A DNA stretch of 64,000 nucleotides from Paramoeba atlantica. Taxonomy: Eukaryota > Protista > Discosea. The DNA lies in contig CDRNVI010000040.1 of the NCBI GenBank assembly GCA_977017575.1, forward strand, positions 1 to 64,000, read 5' to 3'. The notes under the pieces are model-generated. The model had not been told where the DNA came from, made no database searches, and saw nothing but the letters and a program-made list of their open reading frames with translations. Positions 33,401 to 44,758 of this stretch are shown here, piece by piece. Position numbers and translations under genes: made by a program. Positions within the stretch are counted from its first letter, which is position 1; every line of letters starts with the position of its first letter.

Positions 33401-34022
33401 ATATTCTTCTGATACCATCTTCCAGCACATTCCTGGATGTACACAATGCTGTGGGATAAATGCAACGAAGAAGCACACACGATTAGTCCGTTTCCTAGGT
33501 GAATTGTGTGCCAAAGCAGGGGTGCCCCATGTTATAGAACCTCGAGTACATTCATCATTCTTCTGCACCAAATGTAAGGCCACCATATCCGAAGAGCTCT
33601 CTGAACATCACCCATGCAGAGCAAGACGTATGCGATCAGGCCCTGATCTCGGTATCATGTGGTCCCATCTCGGAGAAATTCTCTACGATGTCACCGTAGT
33701 TCACAGTTGTGCCCCGAGCTATGCCAAAACCTCCGTCGAGCAGTTAATCCAAAATGCCCTTGAGCGCAAGCACAAAAAATACGTTGTACAAGGAGGCATA
33801 CCGAAAGAAAGTTTCAGCTGCTTGGCAATGACCGAATTAGGACAGTTGCACAACAACACGAAAACTCTCATTGTCTCGCTCGCACAACGGTCACAACAAA
33901 ACGTGAAGGATGTCAAAGAAGCGTTCCAACTTGAAATAGAGAAGATGAACGCGTACACAATTGCCACGCAACTCCGACAATACTTTCCACCAATTCAGTG
34001 GCTCGGAGGACTTGAACACTAA
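30460..34022 (+). pseudogene. CRE-B polyprotein: LsmAD-like domain, N-terminal module, RT, RLE; frameshifting deletion near 31958
   Basis: WDQFEAN..STYDDLMYTT; GASPGPTG; RPIAIGE; YMDD; RSGPDL; YDVTVVH; homologue CHMLLDVVNG vs CHM*..NG here. Confidence 0.85.
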
Positions 34023-34445
34023 TCAGAATTTCCTTTCACTTACAACCTCTATTTGATTTGATAAAATTCCCCGTCATCTCCGTTGATATCATCTCATGAT
34101 CTAAGTTGATATTAACTTATTTCAGATAAAGAGCTCATGGAGAGTATTGCTGCTGTTAATGTCTGTACTTTTCTCAATATGCTTTACAATAGGAGGAACC
34201 AAGGAGTGAATTTTGTTTGTTTGGAGTGAATTTTGCTTGTTTTAATAGCTTACTCATTATTCATTCTTCGCTTGGCATGTAACTCAGCCGTTATGGAAAA
34301 AGATATTTTATGTATAAAATGGTTTTCTATAGACGCAAATTAAGAAAATTTCATGTTGGAGTTTCTTGAACACACAACATTCTATAAATTGAATTCATAG
34401 TACAGATACTCCAAATTGTAACGGGGCAAAAAAAATTTGACTGTG

Positions 34446-35317
34446 AAGTGATTGAGCTTCTGCGCAAGGACTACGAGGTCACCGTCGAGGCTGTATGGTC
34501 CCTTCCCCGTGACGGCCTACGGCAGACGGTTATAGGGTTGGTGCATATGACGCATCCTAAGGACCCTAACTCAACTGAGTTGTTCGCCGAGTGGGATGGG
34601 GACAAGAACACTGCCTATCGTTTTCCCCATCCCGAGATCAACTACCACTCTTTGGAACTGGCCCATGTTCGGGCGCAGATGCCGGGTGGGAAACCAGTTG
34701 AAGATCTGATCCCCACGTTTGAACGCGTCCGTATTACGGACCCGAAAGGCTTCTCCCCCTACGATCCGGTTACTTGGCAACCGTGGATCGACACGGATGA
34801 TTTGTTCAAGCCACGTGAACTCACCCGTGAGCTGCGCGAAGCTCCGCAGCTTGGGGTACGCTTCAACCCTCCGCCGCAGCGTGAGCGCCTGTTCAAGATG
34901 TTAACTGAATGGGTGTACGCTGCGTGCAATACGGAGGGATGGCTAGAGAAGCACAACCTCGCCGTAGCCCTTCTCATCATCGAAGAGCTTCGCAACCATT
35001 ATTGGGCTGCGGCGGGCGTTGCTGTCGAGCGTGTGCAACAGCGGTTGCACCGTGACGACGACCCTCAGGACCGCTACGGTCAGCTTGTGGTTGACGAGCA
35101 ACTGAGGGGCCGGACTGCGCAGCGTGCTCCTCGTCGACGCAGCCAAGGACCTTTCTGTTTTGGCTGTCATCAGCCAGGCCACCTCCGATCGAACTGCCCC
35201 CAAGCGTCCCAACAGCAGGGGGGGCAGTTCCGTACCACACGCACCCCGCAACAGGATTTTCGCGGCGGGGTGGTGGGCGGCGCCAACCGTTACGGCGCAA
35301 CACGGGCTTTCCACTAG
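34446..35317 (+). pseudogene. V2 gag, C-terminal part (interrupted upstream by CRE-B)
   Basis: YDPVTWQPW, CFGCHQPGHLRSNC knuckle. Confidence 0.8.
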
Positions 35318-35320
35318 GAA

Positions 35321-36505
35321 ATGCCCCCCACCCCAATTACTGCTCGTGCCCGTCGTCCCAGGCGACGACGGGTGGATATTCTTACCCCCGTTTCCTCCCC
35401 GTCTCTCCGCCAGCGCGAAAGACGGCCACGCGTGCGTGGCACTACTCCTCCTCCCCGCCCTCTCTCCCCGTTACGTCTAAGGCGCAGAAGCGTCTCCCTC
35501 CCAATCCGTCCTCTACCCCGGCTTCCCGTTCCCGTTTACACCGCCGCCAAGACCGCCGCCGCCAAAACCGCTGCCGTCGTAACCGCCGACGCCGCGCAGC
35601 CTCCAGGAGGACGCCGCCAGGAGCTGCTGAGGGCGATTCTTCGAATGCCCCCCGAGGACCCGCGCGCCACTCAATTGGGCGAGGCGCTCAGACCCATGTG
35701 GGCAACGGCCACGTGGGCCACAAGGGAGCGACTGTGGTTCCGCCTGCGCGAGTATTGCCAGGCGAAGGGAATCACCGCGAATCCTGCAAACGCGGTGCTC
35801 TTCCTGGAGACTCTGCCTCTCGCTACCTCGACGCGCATGGGGTACGCAGGGGCATTGAGGACTCTGTTCGAGCTCATGGGAATCGAAGGTACCCCATTGA
35901 GTCTCTACGTAAAGGCCCTGCAAGCTCAGGGGGGGCTAGAACCCACGCGGCAGATGCTACCAATCACGCCACTTCTTCTAAAGAAGCTGAGACGTCATCT
36001 CGACGTAAAGGAGAGCATATGTTGCCTCCTGTGTTGGAAAGCCGCTGCGAGATGGACCGAGACCGCCGACCTGAGGCGGGAGCAGTTCGTGAGTGTGGCC
36101 AGTCACGAGGTAATCATTTATTGGGGCAGGGGGACCAAGACAACCCGTCTGAATCCTTACCGGCCGTACCTCTACGCGATAGTGACTGGACCGGGGACAC
36201 CCGAACTGGCTCAGTTTGTGGGAAGTTTGAGACCAGGCCAGCGCCTGTGTTACACGACGGTCCGGGAGATGGACCACAGGATGAATCAACTTCTCGGTCC
36301 GGGGTATGGAACACATTCCATAAAAAGAGGTGCAATTACTTACCTATTCCACGAGATCTCCCTCGGGAATCTCAGGATGGAGGACGTCCAGAACCTCACG
36401 AAACACCTCAACGTCGAATCACTGTTGCGCTACAACGCAAGCAGTATTACAACGGCAAGGGCTCTAGGGACGCAGAGAGTCTCAGCACGTCTCCCAGTGC
36501 TGTAA
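35321..36505 (+). CDS. Tyrosine recombinase of V2 copy 3
   Basis: R / HxxR / H / Y motifs as in copy 1. Confidence 0.88.
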   Translation: MPPTPITARARRPRRRRVDILTPVSSPSLRQRERRPRVRGTTPPPRPLSPLRLRRRSVSLPIRPLPRLPVPVYTAAKTAAAKTAAVVTADAAQPPGGRRQELLRAILRMPPEDPRATQLGEALRPMWATATWATRERLWFRLREYCQAKGITANPANAVLFLETLPLATSTRMGYAGALRTLFELMGIEGTPLSLYVKALQAQGGLEPTRQMLPITPLLLKKLRRHLDVKESICCLLCWKAAARWTETADLRREQFVSVASHEVIIYWGRGTKTTRLNPYRPYLYAIVTGPGTPELAQFVGSLRPGQRLCYTTVREMDHRMNQLLGPGYGTHSIKRGAITYLFHEISLGNLRMEDVQNLTKHLNVESLLRYNASSITTARALGTQRVSARLPVL

Positions 36506-38211
36506 CCTCGGAGCACGTGGCAAAGTGCTTCGAGGAAGTGCCTTACCTTCGCAGGCACTCCGTTGTTTGTGCACGCCGCTCTTCACGGCTAGCCAAGGCA
36601 CACGACGCTCACCTACCTTTGCACGTTAAGAAGTCGATACCTGTTATCCATTTGGATCAGGTTAAGGAGTGGATGAGTCTGTCAGCTGCCACTCGTTTTC
36701 GCAAGGTAGTGGATGAATTATTATGGGTACCTAAAGCCCCGTACCCCGAACCTAGTGTGAAAGGTTCATTGCCTGAGGCGGACGTCCGATTGTTGGAGGA
36801 CGCAGGCATAATCTCCAAGGTCCCGGCGCAGGAGTTGAGAAAGCGCCCATCGATGCAGTTCATGATTCCCTTCACGGTTGTGGAGACCGATGATGAGGGC
36901 AATCAGCGCAGAAGATTTATTTCATGGACAAGGGACGATAACGATAGATTAAAATCATATGAACCAAAGGTCCCATTATATCATCCCTCCAAGTATCTTC
37001 ATAAGGCGCACGAGCCGATGGCTGTGAAGCGGGACTTCACGTGTGGATTTTACCAGATTGGTATCCCAAAGAGGGCGCGGCCCAAATTCCGCCTTAGAAC
37101 GAACAGTGGAGACGTGTTTGAGATGAACGTCCTCCCGATGGGCCATAGGTGTGCACCGGAGGTTATGCACACGGTTACCGCCGCGATTGCTGGCGAGGCG
37201 TCTATTTGTTCTCAGCGCTACTCGTTTCACCGAGGCGCTATCGACGTTTATGTTGACGGAGTTCGGTTTGCAGGAACCCACTCCGAGGCCACCACGTACG
37301 CTCAGTTCATTGACGAGCGTTGCGACAAGGCGAACGGTCTTTTTAAAGATCGGGGTCAGCCCCCTGTAGCACAGTACGTGTTCAATGGGGTGGCGTTCGA
37401 CCATAACGCGCATACGGTCTGCCTGGGACCGCGAGTGATCAGGAAACTGCGAGCCGACTCTTTCTTCAACATTTCCTTTGTTGACCTAGAGGCGGTGGTG
37501 GGGCGCCTCATTTATGGCTCCGCAGTTCTCCGACTCAATATGCCGCGATTTTATTTCGCTTTGAAGGTGGCGCAACGGCGTATCAACTTGTTGAACCGTT
37601 GCCCGAAGTTATGTGACCGTCCGGTCGCACTCCCTGTCGTCACTCGCTCCATGCTAGCAGAATGGAGAAACGAGTTGCTGGAGAATGTTCCACGGTCTCC
37701 ACCTCCCCATCCCGATGTTGTTCCACACAAGCATCGTCTCTACACCGATGCCTCGGTGAAAGGATGGGGAGCGATTATGTATTTAGACAGCGGAGAGGTT
37801 TTGATTACGGGAGAGGCGTGGCCTGAGTCATCCTCGTATGAGGTGAATCGTGCGGAAGCTGCAGCAGTCCGCTTAGCCCTCGAGAAGTTTTCCGCGCATT
37901 GCCCCCGTGGAACCTGCTTGGATGTTTTTGTTGACAACACCTCCTGTCAGGCTGCACTGAACAGGAGGATCTCCAAGTCAGAGGGGGTTTCAATGGAATT
38001 GCGCGAAGTCCTGCGACTGACAGAGGACAAAGGTATTTGTGTCAAGGCAGCGTACATATCCACGGATGAGAACCCGGCGGATGCTGTCAGTCGCGGGAAG
38101 GAGATTGAGAGAGAGAAGGTTGAGAAATATAAAGGCAACATCGACAAATACAGCGATAATCAGCATCATCATATTGGTAAGCTAGACAGTCATATTGAAG
38201 GAAAACCCTAG
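35698..38211 (+). CDS. RT-RNase H of V2 copy 3 (5' third overlaps YR; start uncertain)
   Basis: KRDFTCGFYQ, PMGHRCAP, YVDG, LYTDAS, NRAE, VDNTSC, NPADAVSR. Confidence 0.85.
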   Translation: MGNGHVGHKGATVVPPARVLPGEGNHRESCKRGALPGDSASRYLDAHGVRRGIEDSVRAHGNRRYPIESLRKGPASSGGARTHAADATNHATSSKEAETSSRRKGEHMLPPVLESRCEMDRDRRPEAGAVRECGQSRGNHLLGQGDQDNPSESLPAVPLRDSDWTGDTRTGSVCGKFETRPAPVLHDGPGDGPQDESTSRSGVWNTFHKKRCNYLPIPRDLPRESQDGGRPEPHETPQRRITVALQRKQYYNGKGSRDAESLSTSPSAVTSEHVAKCFEEVPYLRRHSVVCARRSSRLAKAHDAHLPLHVKKSIPVIHLDQVKEWMSLSAATRFRKVVDELLWVPKAPYPEPSVKGSLPEADVRLLEDAGIISKVPAQELRKRPSMQFMIPFTVVETDDEGNQRRRFISWTRDDNDRLKSYEPKVPLYHPSKYLHKAHEPMAVKRDFTCGFYQIGIPKRARPKFRLRTNSGDVFEMNVLPMGHRCAPEVMHTVTAAIAGEASICSQRYSFHRGAIDVYVDGVRFAGTHSEATTYAQFIDERCDKANGLFKDRGQPPVAQYVFNGVAFDHNAHTVCLGPRVIRKLRADSFFNISFVDLEAVVGRLIYGSAVLRLNMPRFYFALKVAQRRINLLNRCPKLCDRPVALPVVTRSMLAEWRNELLENVPRSPPPHPDVVPHKHRLYTDASVKGWGAIMYLDSGEVLITGEAWPESSSYEVNRAEAAAVRLALEKFSAHCPRGTCLDVFVDNTSCQAALNRRISKSEGVSMELREVLRLTEDKGICVKAAYISTDENPADAVSRGKEIEREKVEKYKGNIDKYSDNQHHHIGKLDSHIEGKP

Positions 38212-38250
38212 GGGACAGGATCACCAAATACAAAAAAAAAAAAAAAAAAA

Positions 38251-38856
38251 AGTCACACATTACTCGTCACACATGACGACCGGCTGGATTCATTCCGAAC
38301 TGGTCGTTTGCGCCCATGAACATCTGGTCGGGATGCTGGTCGGGTCGACAGAGTCTATGCTCACGCCTAGTCCGTCAGGGCTAGGTACCCCAAGTGAGGT
38401 AGTACACGGGTAGTGAATCTCCTCCCCGTCGACCAGCATCCTGTTTCGCGACCGTGTCGCTGTCGACACAGGCCCGCGCCTGCGCCCTCCCATATAGCAA
38501 GGGAAGGGTTCACAAGTCAGGCCGTGGAGAGGTCGAAAGACCCGGTCCGGGACGCGCGAATGGATTGGGTCTGTATTGCTTGTTTTAGTTTTTACTGTTT
38601 CTTGTTTGTATTATATACTTAGGGGAGATTAAATTGCTAGTTTTGGGCTGAGAGAAAAAACAATAGGTACATCTGTGGAAACAAAAAGATTTGCTAAAAA
38701 AATTTTCAAATTGCTAATTTGATTGTTTGTTTTCAACTCGTATCCCCCCCCCCCCCAATGGACCTACTTGGTTCGTCTACTGGGTCAAAATATAGAGGCA
38801 ATGCCGCGTTTTATACTTCTCCCCCCTTATTAAAAAAAAAAAAAAAAAAAAAAAAA
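38251..38856 (+). other. Orphan 3' UTR + poly(A) of a CRE family II element
   Basis: Shares a 50-nt block with 55864-55913 and a 52-nt terminal block with 52036-52087; A25 at 38832-38856. Confidence 0.7.
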
Positions 38857-40512
38857 CTTCCACCTGATCCCTCATCTGAATTATTGGAGCGCGCTGACAA
38901 GATTGCCTGCGACATTAAGAACTCTACAGAAGGCGAAACGCCAGACACAGGACACCAGAATGCTACCACCGAAGAAGAACTGTTCTCCAGTGTCCGCCCG
39001 ACGGAAAGCCTCGAGTTCCAATTCGAAGGAGCCAATTCCTCTTCACTCAGCCAATTAAAGTCCTCTAGCAAGGCTGTGAAGGAGAAGTACGAGCGCCATA
39101 ACCGCAGGGTAGGCTGTGCCGAATATGACTATGCTGATAACAGGCTAGTTTTTCCTGATCTCACGCCTCCTGATCTTCGCTTCTCAGTAAAGGGTAGCAG
39201 TAAAGGCCGTAAAAAGAAGAAACGCCCGAAGGGCATCAATCTTTCTCAGCTGGATGCAGTGTCCGGGGCCGACAGCGAGGAACGCGACAATATAGAGTCC
39301 AGCGCGAATTCACCCGGGCCACGCACTCATGCCACCGGAGTCATGGACAGCCCGTCTATCAAATTGTCCCAAAAGGAACAGAACACTAACACCCCCACGG
39401 GTAAGCGTAAACGTCACGTGCAGGTGTCGAAACCAGGGCCACGCGATTCCTCAGATACCGAAAGGCTCAATCAACCCCCCAATACCACTCCAGAAAAGCC
39501 ACCTACAGTCAATGGAAACACGCGGAAATGTCCTTCTCAGGGATGTGCATGGCAAACTGTGCCTCACGGGGGCCAATGGCAATCCTTTTATAACCACGTA
39601 TCCCACAGACACGGGGACGAGGTGCCTGATACCTGGTGGAACGAGGAGGGACGTTTCCGATGCAGGGATTGCAACAGGCACTACAACCTAAGCAAACAGG
39701 TCACCCATGCCGAAAACTGCGCTTTCCGCTGCTCTTCTCCCCCACCTATCTCCGAACCTACACAGACAGGGGGCGACCCGAGGGACAACCCTGCATTTTT
39801 TGCCGCACAAGCCGTCGCCGAACCCCTTCCCTCCCTGGCGTCAATCTGTTCGACACCTCTCAACACATGCAAAGACATTCCCAACAGCTGTCGCCAGGGG
39901 TGGGCGAAAGTCTTCTGTGAGTGTCTCTCTTCCGCTGTACGAGACAATACAGTTGAGGCCTGGACTCTTCTCGCCATGCTACCGAAATGCGTACTACCGG
40001 CACCTCATCGTGGGGGGAGCAGGGCAAAACTATCGTACGCCTCGCACGTTCGGAAGTGTCTCGCCCGGTGGTCACGGAAAGAATTTCTCCCCCTTTGGAA
40101 CGAAACAATTGCGAGCCTACAACACAAAAAACGCGTCGCACAAGCACAGAGTCCGGAGGACGAGATAACCAAATCTGCTATGCGAGCTGAAAGACTCGTT
40201 CGCGACTCGGAACTATCTCGAGCTATGGCTGCCCTAACCTCTGAACCAGTAGCCCCGTATGACGATGATACTTACACTAAACTCCAAGCTAAGCATCCAT
40301 CCCGACTCGCTACGTCGGTGAAACCCCTCAGTTCTTCGACGGAAATGGGACCAAAACCACTTCGAGCCACAGAGGAAGACGTAACGCAGGCTCTTGCAAC
40401 TTTTCACCGGGGGTCATCGGGTGGCGCTTTTGGGCTACGCCCTGAACACGTACAAGTGGCACTAGAGTACCACCATGACGGCCGTACGGATCCATTGGGT
40501 ACACTGACCCAT

Positions 40513-43500
40513 TTAAGACCACTTTTTGTATTAAGACCACTTTTTGTATTAAGACCACTTTTTGTATTAAGACCACTTTTTGTATTAAGACCACTTTTTG
40601 TATTAAGACCACTTTTTGTATTAAGACCACTTTTTGTATTAAGACCACTTTTTGTATTAAGACCACTTTTTGTATTAAGACCACTTTTTGTATTAAGACC
40701 ACTTTTTGTATTAAGACCACTTTTTGTATTAAGACCACTTTTTGTATTAAGACCACTTTTTGTATTAAGACCACTTTTTGTATTAAGACCACTTTTTGTA
40801 TTAAGACCACTTTTTGTATTAAGACCACTTTTTGTATTAAGACCACTTTTTGTATTAAGACCACTTTTTGTATTAAGACCACTTTTTGTATTAAGACCAC
40901 TTTTTGTATTAAGACCACTTTTTGTATTAAGACCACTTTTTGTATTAAGACCACTTTTTGTATTAAGACCACTTTTTGTATTAAGACCACTTTTTGTATT
41001 AAGACCACTTTTTGTATTAAGACCACTTTTTGTATTAAGACCACTTTTGTATTAAGACCACTTTTTGTATTAAGACCACTTTTTGTATTAAGACCACTTT
41101 TTGTATTAAGACCACTTTTTGTATTAAGACCACTTTTTGTATTAAGACCACTTTTTGTATTAAGACCACTTTTTGTATTAAGACCACTTTTTGTATTAAG
41201 ACCACTTTTTGTATTAAGACCACTTTTTGTATTAAGACCACTTTTTGTATTAAGACCACTTTTTGTATTAAGACCACTTTTTGTATTAAGACCACTTTTT
41301 GTATTAAGACCACTTTTTGTATTAAGACCACTTTTTGTATTAAGACCACTTTTTGTATTAAGACCACTTTTTGTATTAAGACCACTTTTTGTATTAAGAC
41401 CACTTTTTGTATTAAGACCACTTTTTGTATTAAGACCACTTTTTGTATTAAGACCACTTTTTGTATTAAGACCACTTTTTGTATTAAGACCACTTTTTGT
41501 ATTAAGACCACTTTTTGTATTAAGACCACTTTTTGTATTAAGACCACTTTTTGTATTAAGACCACTTTTTGTATTAAGACCACTTTTTGTATTAAGACCA
41601 CTTTTTGTATTAAGACCACTTTTTGTATTAAGACCACTTTTTGTATTAAGACCACTTTTTGTATTAAGACCACTTTTTGTATTAAGACCACTTTTTGTAT
41701 TAAGACCACTTTTTGTATTAAGACCACTTTTTGTATTAAGACCACTTTTTGTATTAAGACCACTTTTTGTATTAAGACCACTTTTTGTATTAAGACCACT
41801 TTTTGTATTAAGACCACTTTTTGTATTAAGACCACTTTTTGTATTAAGACCACTTTTTGTATTAAGACCACTTTTTGTATTAAGACCACTTTTTGTATTA
41901 AGACCACTTTTTGTATTAAGACCACTTTTTGTATTAAGACCACTTTTTGTATTAAGACCACTTTTTGTATTAAGACCACTTTTTGTATTAAGACCACTTT
42001 TTGTATTAAGACCACTTTTTGTATTAAGACCACTTTTTGTATTAAGACCACTTTTTGTATTAAGACCACTTTTTGTATTAAGACCACTTTTTGTATTAAG
42101 ACCACTTTTTGTATTAAGACCACTTTTTGTATTAAGACCACTTTTTGTATTAAGACCACTTTTTGTATTAAGACCACTTTTTGTATTAAGACCACTTTTT
42201 GTATTAAGACCACTTTTTGTATTAAGACCACTTTTTGTATTAAGACCACTTTTTGTATTAAGACCACTTTTTGTATTAAGACCACTTTTTGTATTAAGAC
42301 CACTTTTTGTATTAAGACCACTTTTTGTATTAAGACCACTTTTTGTATTAAGACCACTTTTTGTATTAAGACCACTTTTTGTATTAAGACCACTTTTTGT
42401 ATTAAGACCACTTTTTGTATTAAGACCACTTTTTGTATTAAGACCACTTTTTGTATTAAGACCACTTTTTGTATTAAGACCACTTTTTGTATTAAGACCA
42501 CTTTTTGTATTAAGACCACTTTTTGTATTAAGACCACTTTTTGTATTAAGACCACTTTTTGTATTAAGACCACTTTTTGTATTAAGACCACTTTTTGTAT
42601 TAAGACCACTTTTTGTATTAAGACCACTTTTTGTATTAAGACCACTTTTTGTATTAAGACCACTTTTTGTATTAAGACCACTTTTTGTATTAAGACCACT
42701 TTTTGTATTAAGACCACTTTTTGTATTAAGACCACTTTTTGTATTAAGACCACTTTTTGTATTAAGACCACTTTTTGTATTAAGACCACTTTTTGTATTA
42801 AGACCACTTTTTGTATTAAGACCACTTTTTGTATTAAGACCACTTTTTGTATTAAGACCACTTTTTGTATTAAGACCACTTTTTGTATTAAGACCACTTT
42901 TTGTATTAAGACCACTTTTTGTATTAAGACCACTTTTTGTATTAAGACCACTTTTTGTATTAAGACCACTTTTTGTATTAAGACCACTTTTTGTATTAAG
43001 ACCACTTTTTGTATTAAGACCACTTTTTGTATTAAGACCACTTTTTGTATTAAGACCACTTTTTGTATTAAGACCACTTTTTGTATTAAGACCACTTTTT
43101 GTATTAAGACCACTTTTTGTATTAAGACCACTTTTTGTATTAAGACCACTTTTTGTATTAAGACCACTTTTTGTATTAAGACCACTTTTTGTATTAAGAC
43201 CACTTTTTGTATTAAGACCACTTTTTGTATTAAGACCACTTTTTGTATTAAGACCACTTTTTGTATTAAGACCACTTTTTGTATTAAGACCACTTTTTGT
43301 ATTAAGACCACTTTTTGTATTAAGACCACTTTTGTATTAAGACCACTTTTTGTATTAAGACCACTTTTTGTATTAAGACCACTTTTTGTATTAAGACCAC
43401 TTTTTGTATTAAGACCACTTTTTGTATTAAGACCACTTTTTGTATTAAGACCACTTTTTGTATTAAGACCACTTTTTGTATTAAGACCACTTTTTGTATT

Positions 43501-44744
43501 AAGACCACTTTTTGTATTAAGACCACTTTTTGTATTAAGACCACTTTTTGTATTAAGACCACTTTTTGTATTAAGACCACTTTTTGTATTAAGACCACTT
43601 TTTGTATTAAGACCACTTTTTGTATTAAGACCACTTTTTGTATTAAGACCACTTTTTGTATTAAGACCACTTTTTGTATTAAGACCACTTTTTGTATTAA
43701 GACCACTTTTTGTATTAAGACCACTTTTTGTATTAAGACCACTTTTTGTATTAAGACCACTTTTTGTATTAAGACCACTTTTTGTATTAAGACCACTTTT
43801 TGTATTAAGACCACTTTTTGTATTAAGACCACTTTTTGTATTAAGACCACTTTTTGTATTAAGACCACTTTTTGTATTAAGACCACTTTTTGTATTAAGA
43901 CCACTTTTTGTATTAAGACCACTTTTTGTATTAAGACCACTTTTTGTATTAAGACCACTTTTTGTATTAAGACCACTTTTTGTATTAAGACCACTTTTTG
44001 TATTAAGACCACTTTTTGTATTAAGACCACTTTTTGTATTAAGACCACTTTTTGTATTAAGACCACTTTTTGTATTAAGACCACTTTTTGTATTAAGACC
44101 ACTTTTTGTATTAAGACCACTTTTTGTATTAAGACCACTTTTTGTATTAAGACCACTTTTTGTATTAAGACCACTTTTTGTATTAAGACCACTTTTTGTA
44201 TTAAGACCACTTTTTGTATTAAGACCACTTTTTGTATTAAGACCACTTTTTGTATTAAGACCACTTTTTGTATTAAGACCACTTTTTGTATTAAGACCAC
44301 TTTTTGTATTAAGACCACTTTTTGTATTAAGACCACTTTTTGTATTAAGACCACTTTTTGTATTAAGACCACTTTTTGTATTAAGACCACTTTTTGTATT
44401 AAGACCACTTTTTGTATTAAGACCACTTTTTGTATTAAGACCACTTTTTGTATTAAGACCACTTTTTGTATTAAGACCACTTTTTGTATTAAGACCACTT
44501 TTTGTATTAAGACCACTTTTTGTATTAAGACCACTTTTTGTATTAAGACCACTTTTTGTATTAAGACCACTTTTTGTATTAAGACCACTTTTTGTATTAA
44601 GACCACTTTTTGTATTAAGACCACTTTTTGTATTAAGACCACTTTTTGTATTAAGACCACTTTTTGTATTAAGACCACTTTTTGTATTAAGACCACTTTT
44701 TGTATTAAGACCACTTTTTGTATTAAGACCACTTTTTGTATTAA
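40513..44744 (+). repeat. 18-bp tandem array (TTAAGACCACTTTTTGTA) x~235
   Basis: 4232 bp; only two single-T deletions visible (~41045, ~43330). Confidence 0.97.
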
Positions 44745-44758
44745 TACGTTGGTACAAA

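Larger units (their letters stand above)
30415..34445 (+). mobile_element. CRE-B: full-length CRE family I element inserted in V2 gag
   Basis: AAGTGATT at 30409-30416 and 34446-34453; ORFs 30460-31962 and 31962-34022. Confidence 0.85.
29698..38250 (+). mobile_element. V2 copy 3 (A1, gag interrupted by CRE-B, YR, RT/RH; ends at the internal A-tract)
   Basis: A1 29698-29875; gag 29877-30414 plus 34446-35317 rejoin as ..EEFITK-VIELLRKDY.. Confidence 0.85.

Noticed and set aside
40513-44744. CRISPR array
   Set aside because: Contiguous identical 18-mers with no unique spacers and no cas genes, in a eukaryotic context; the same applies to 8401-9354 and to the 419-bp tandem.
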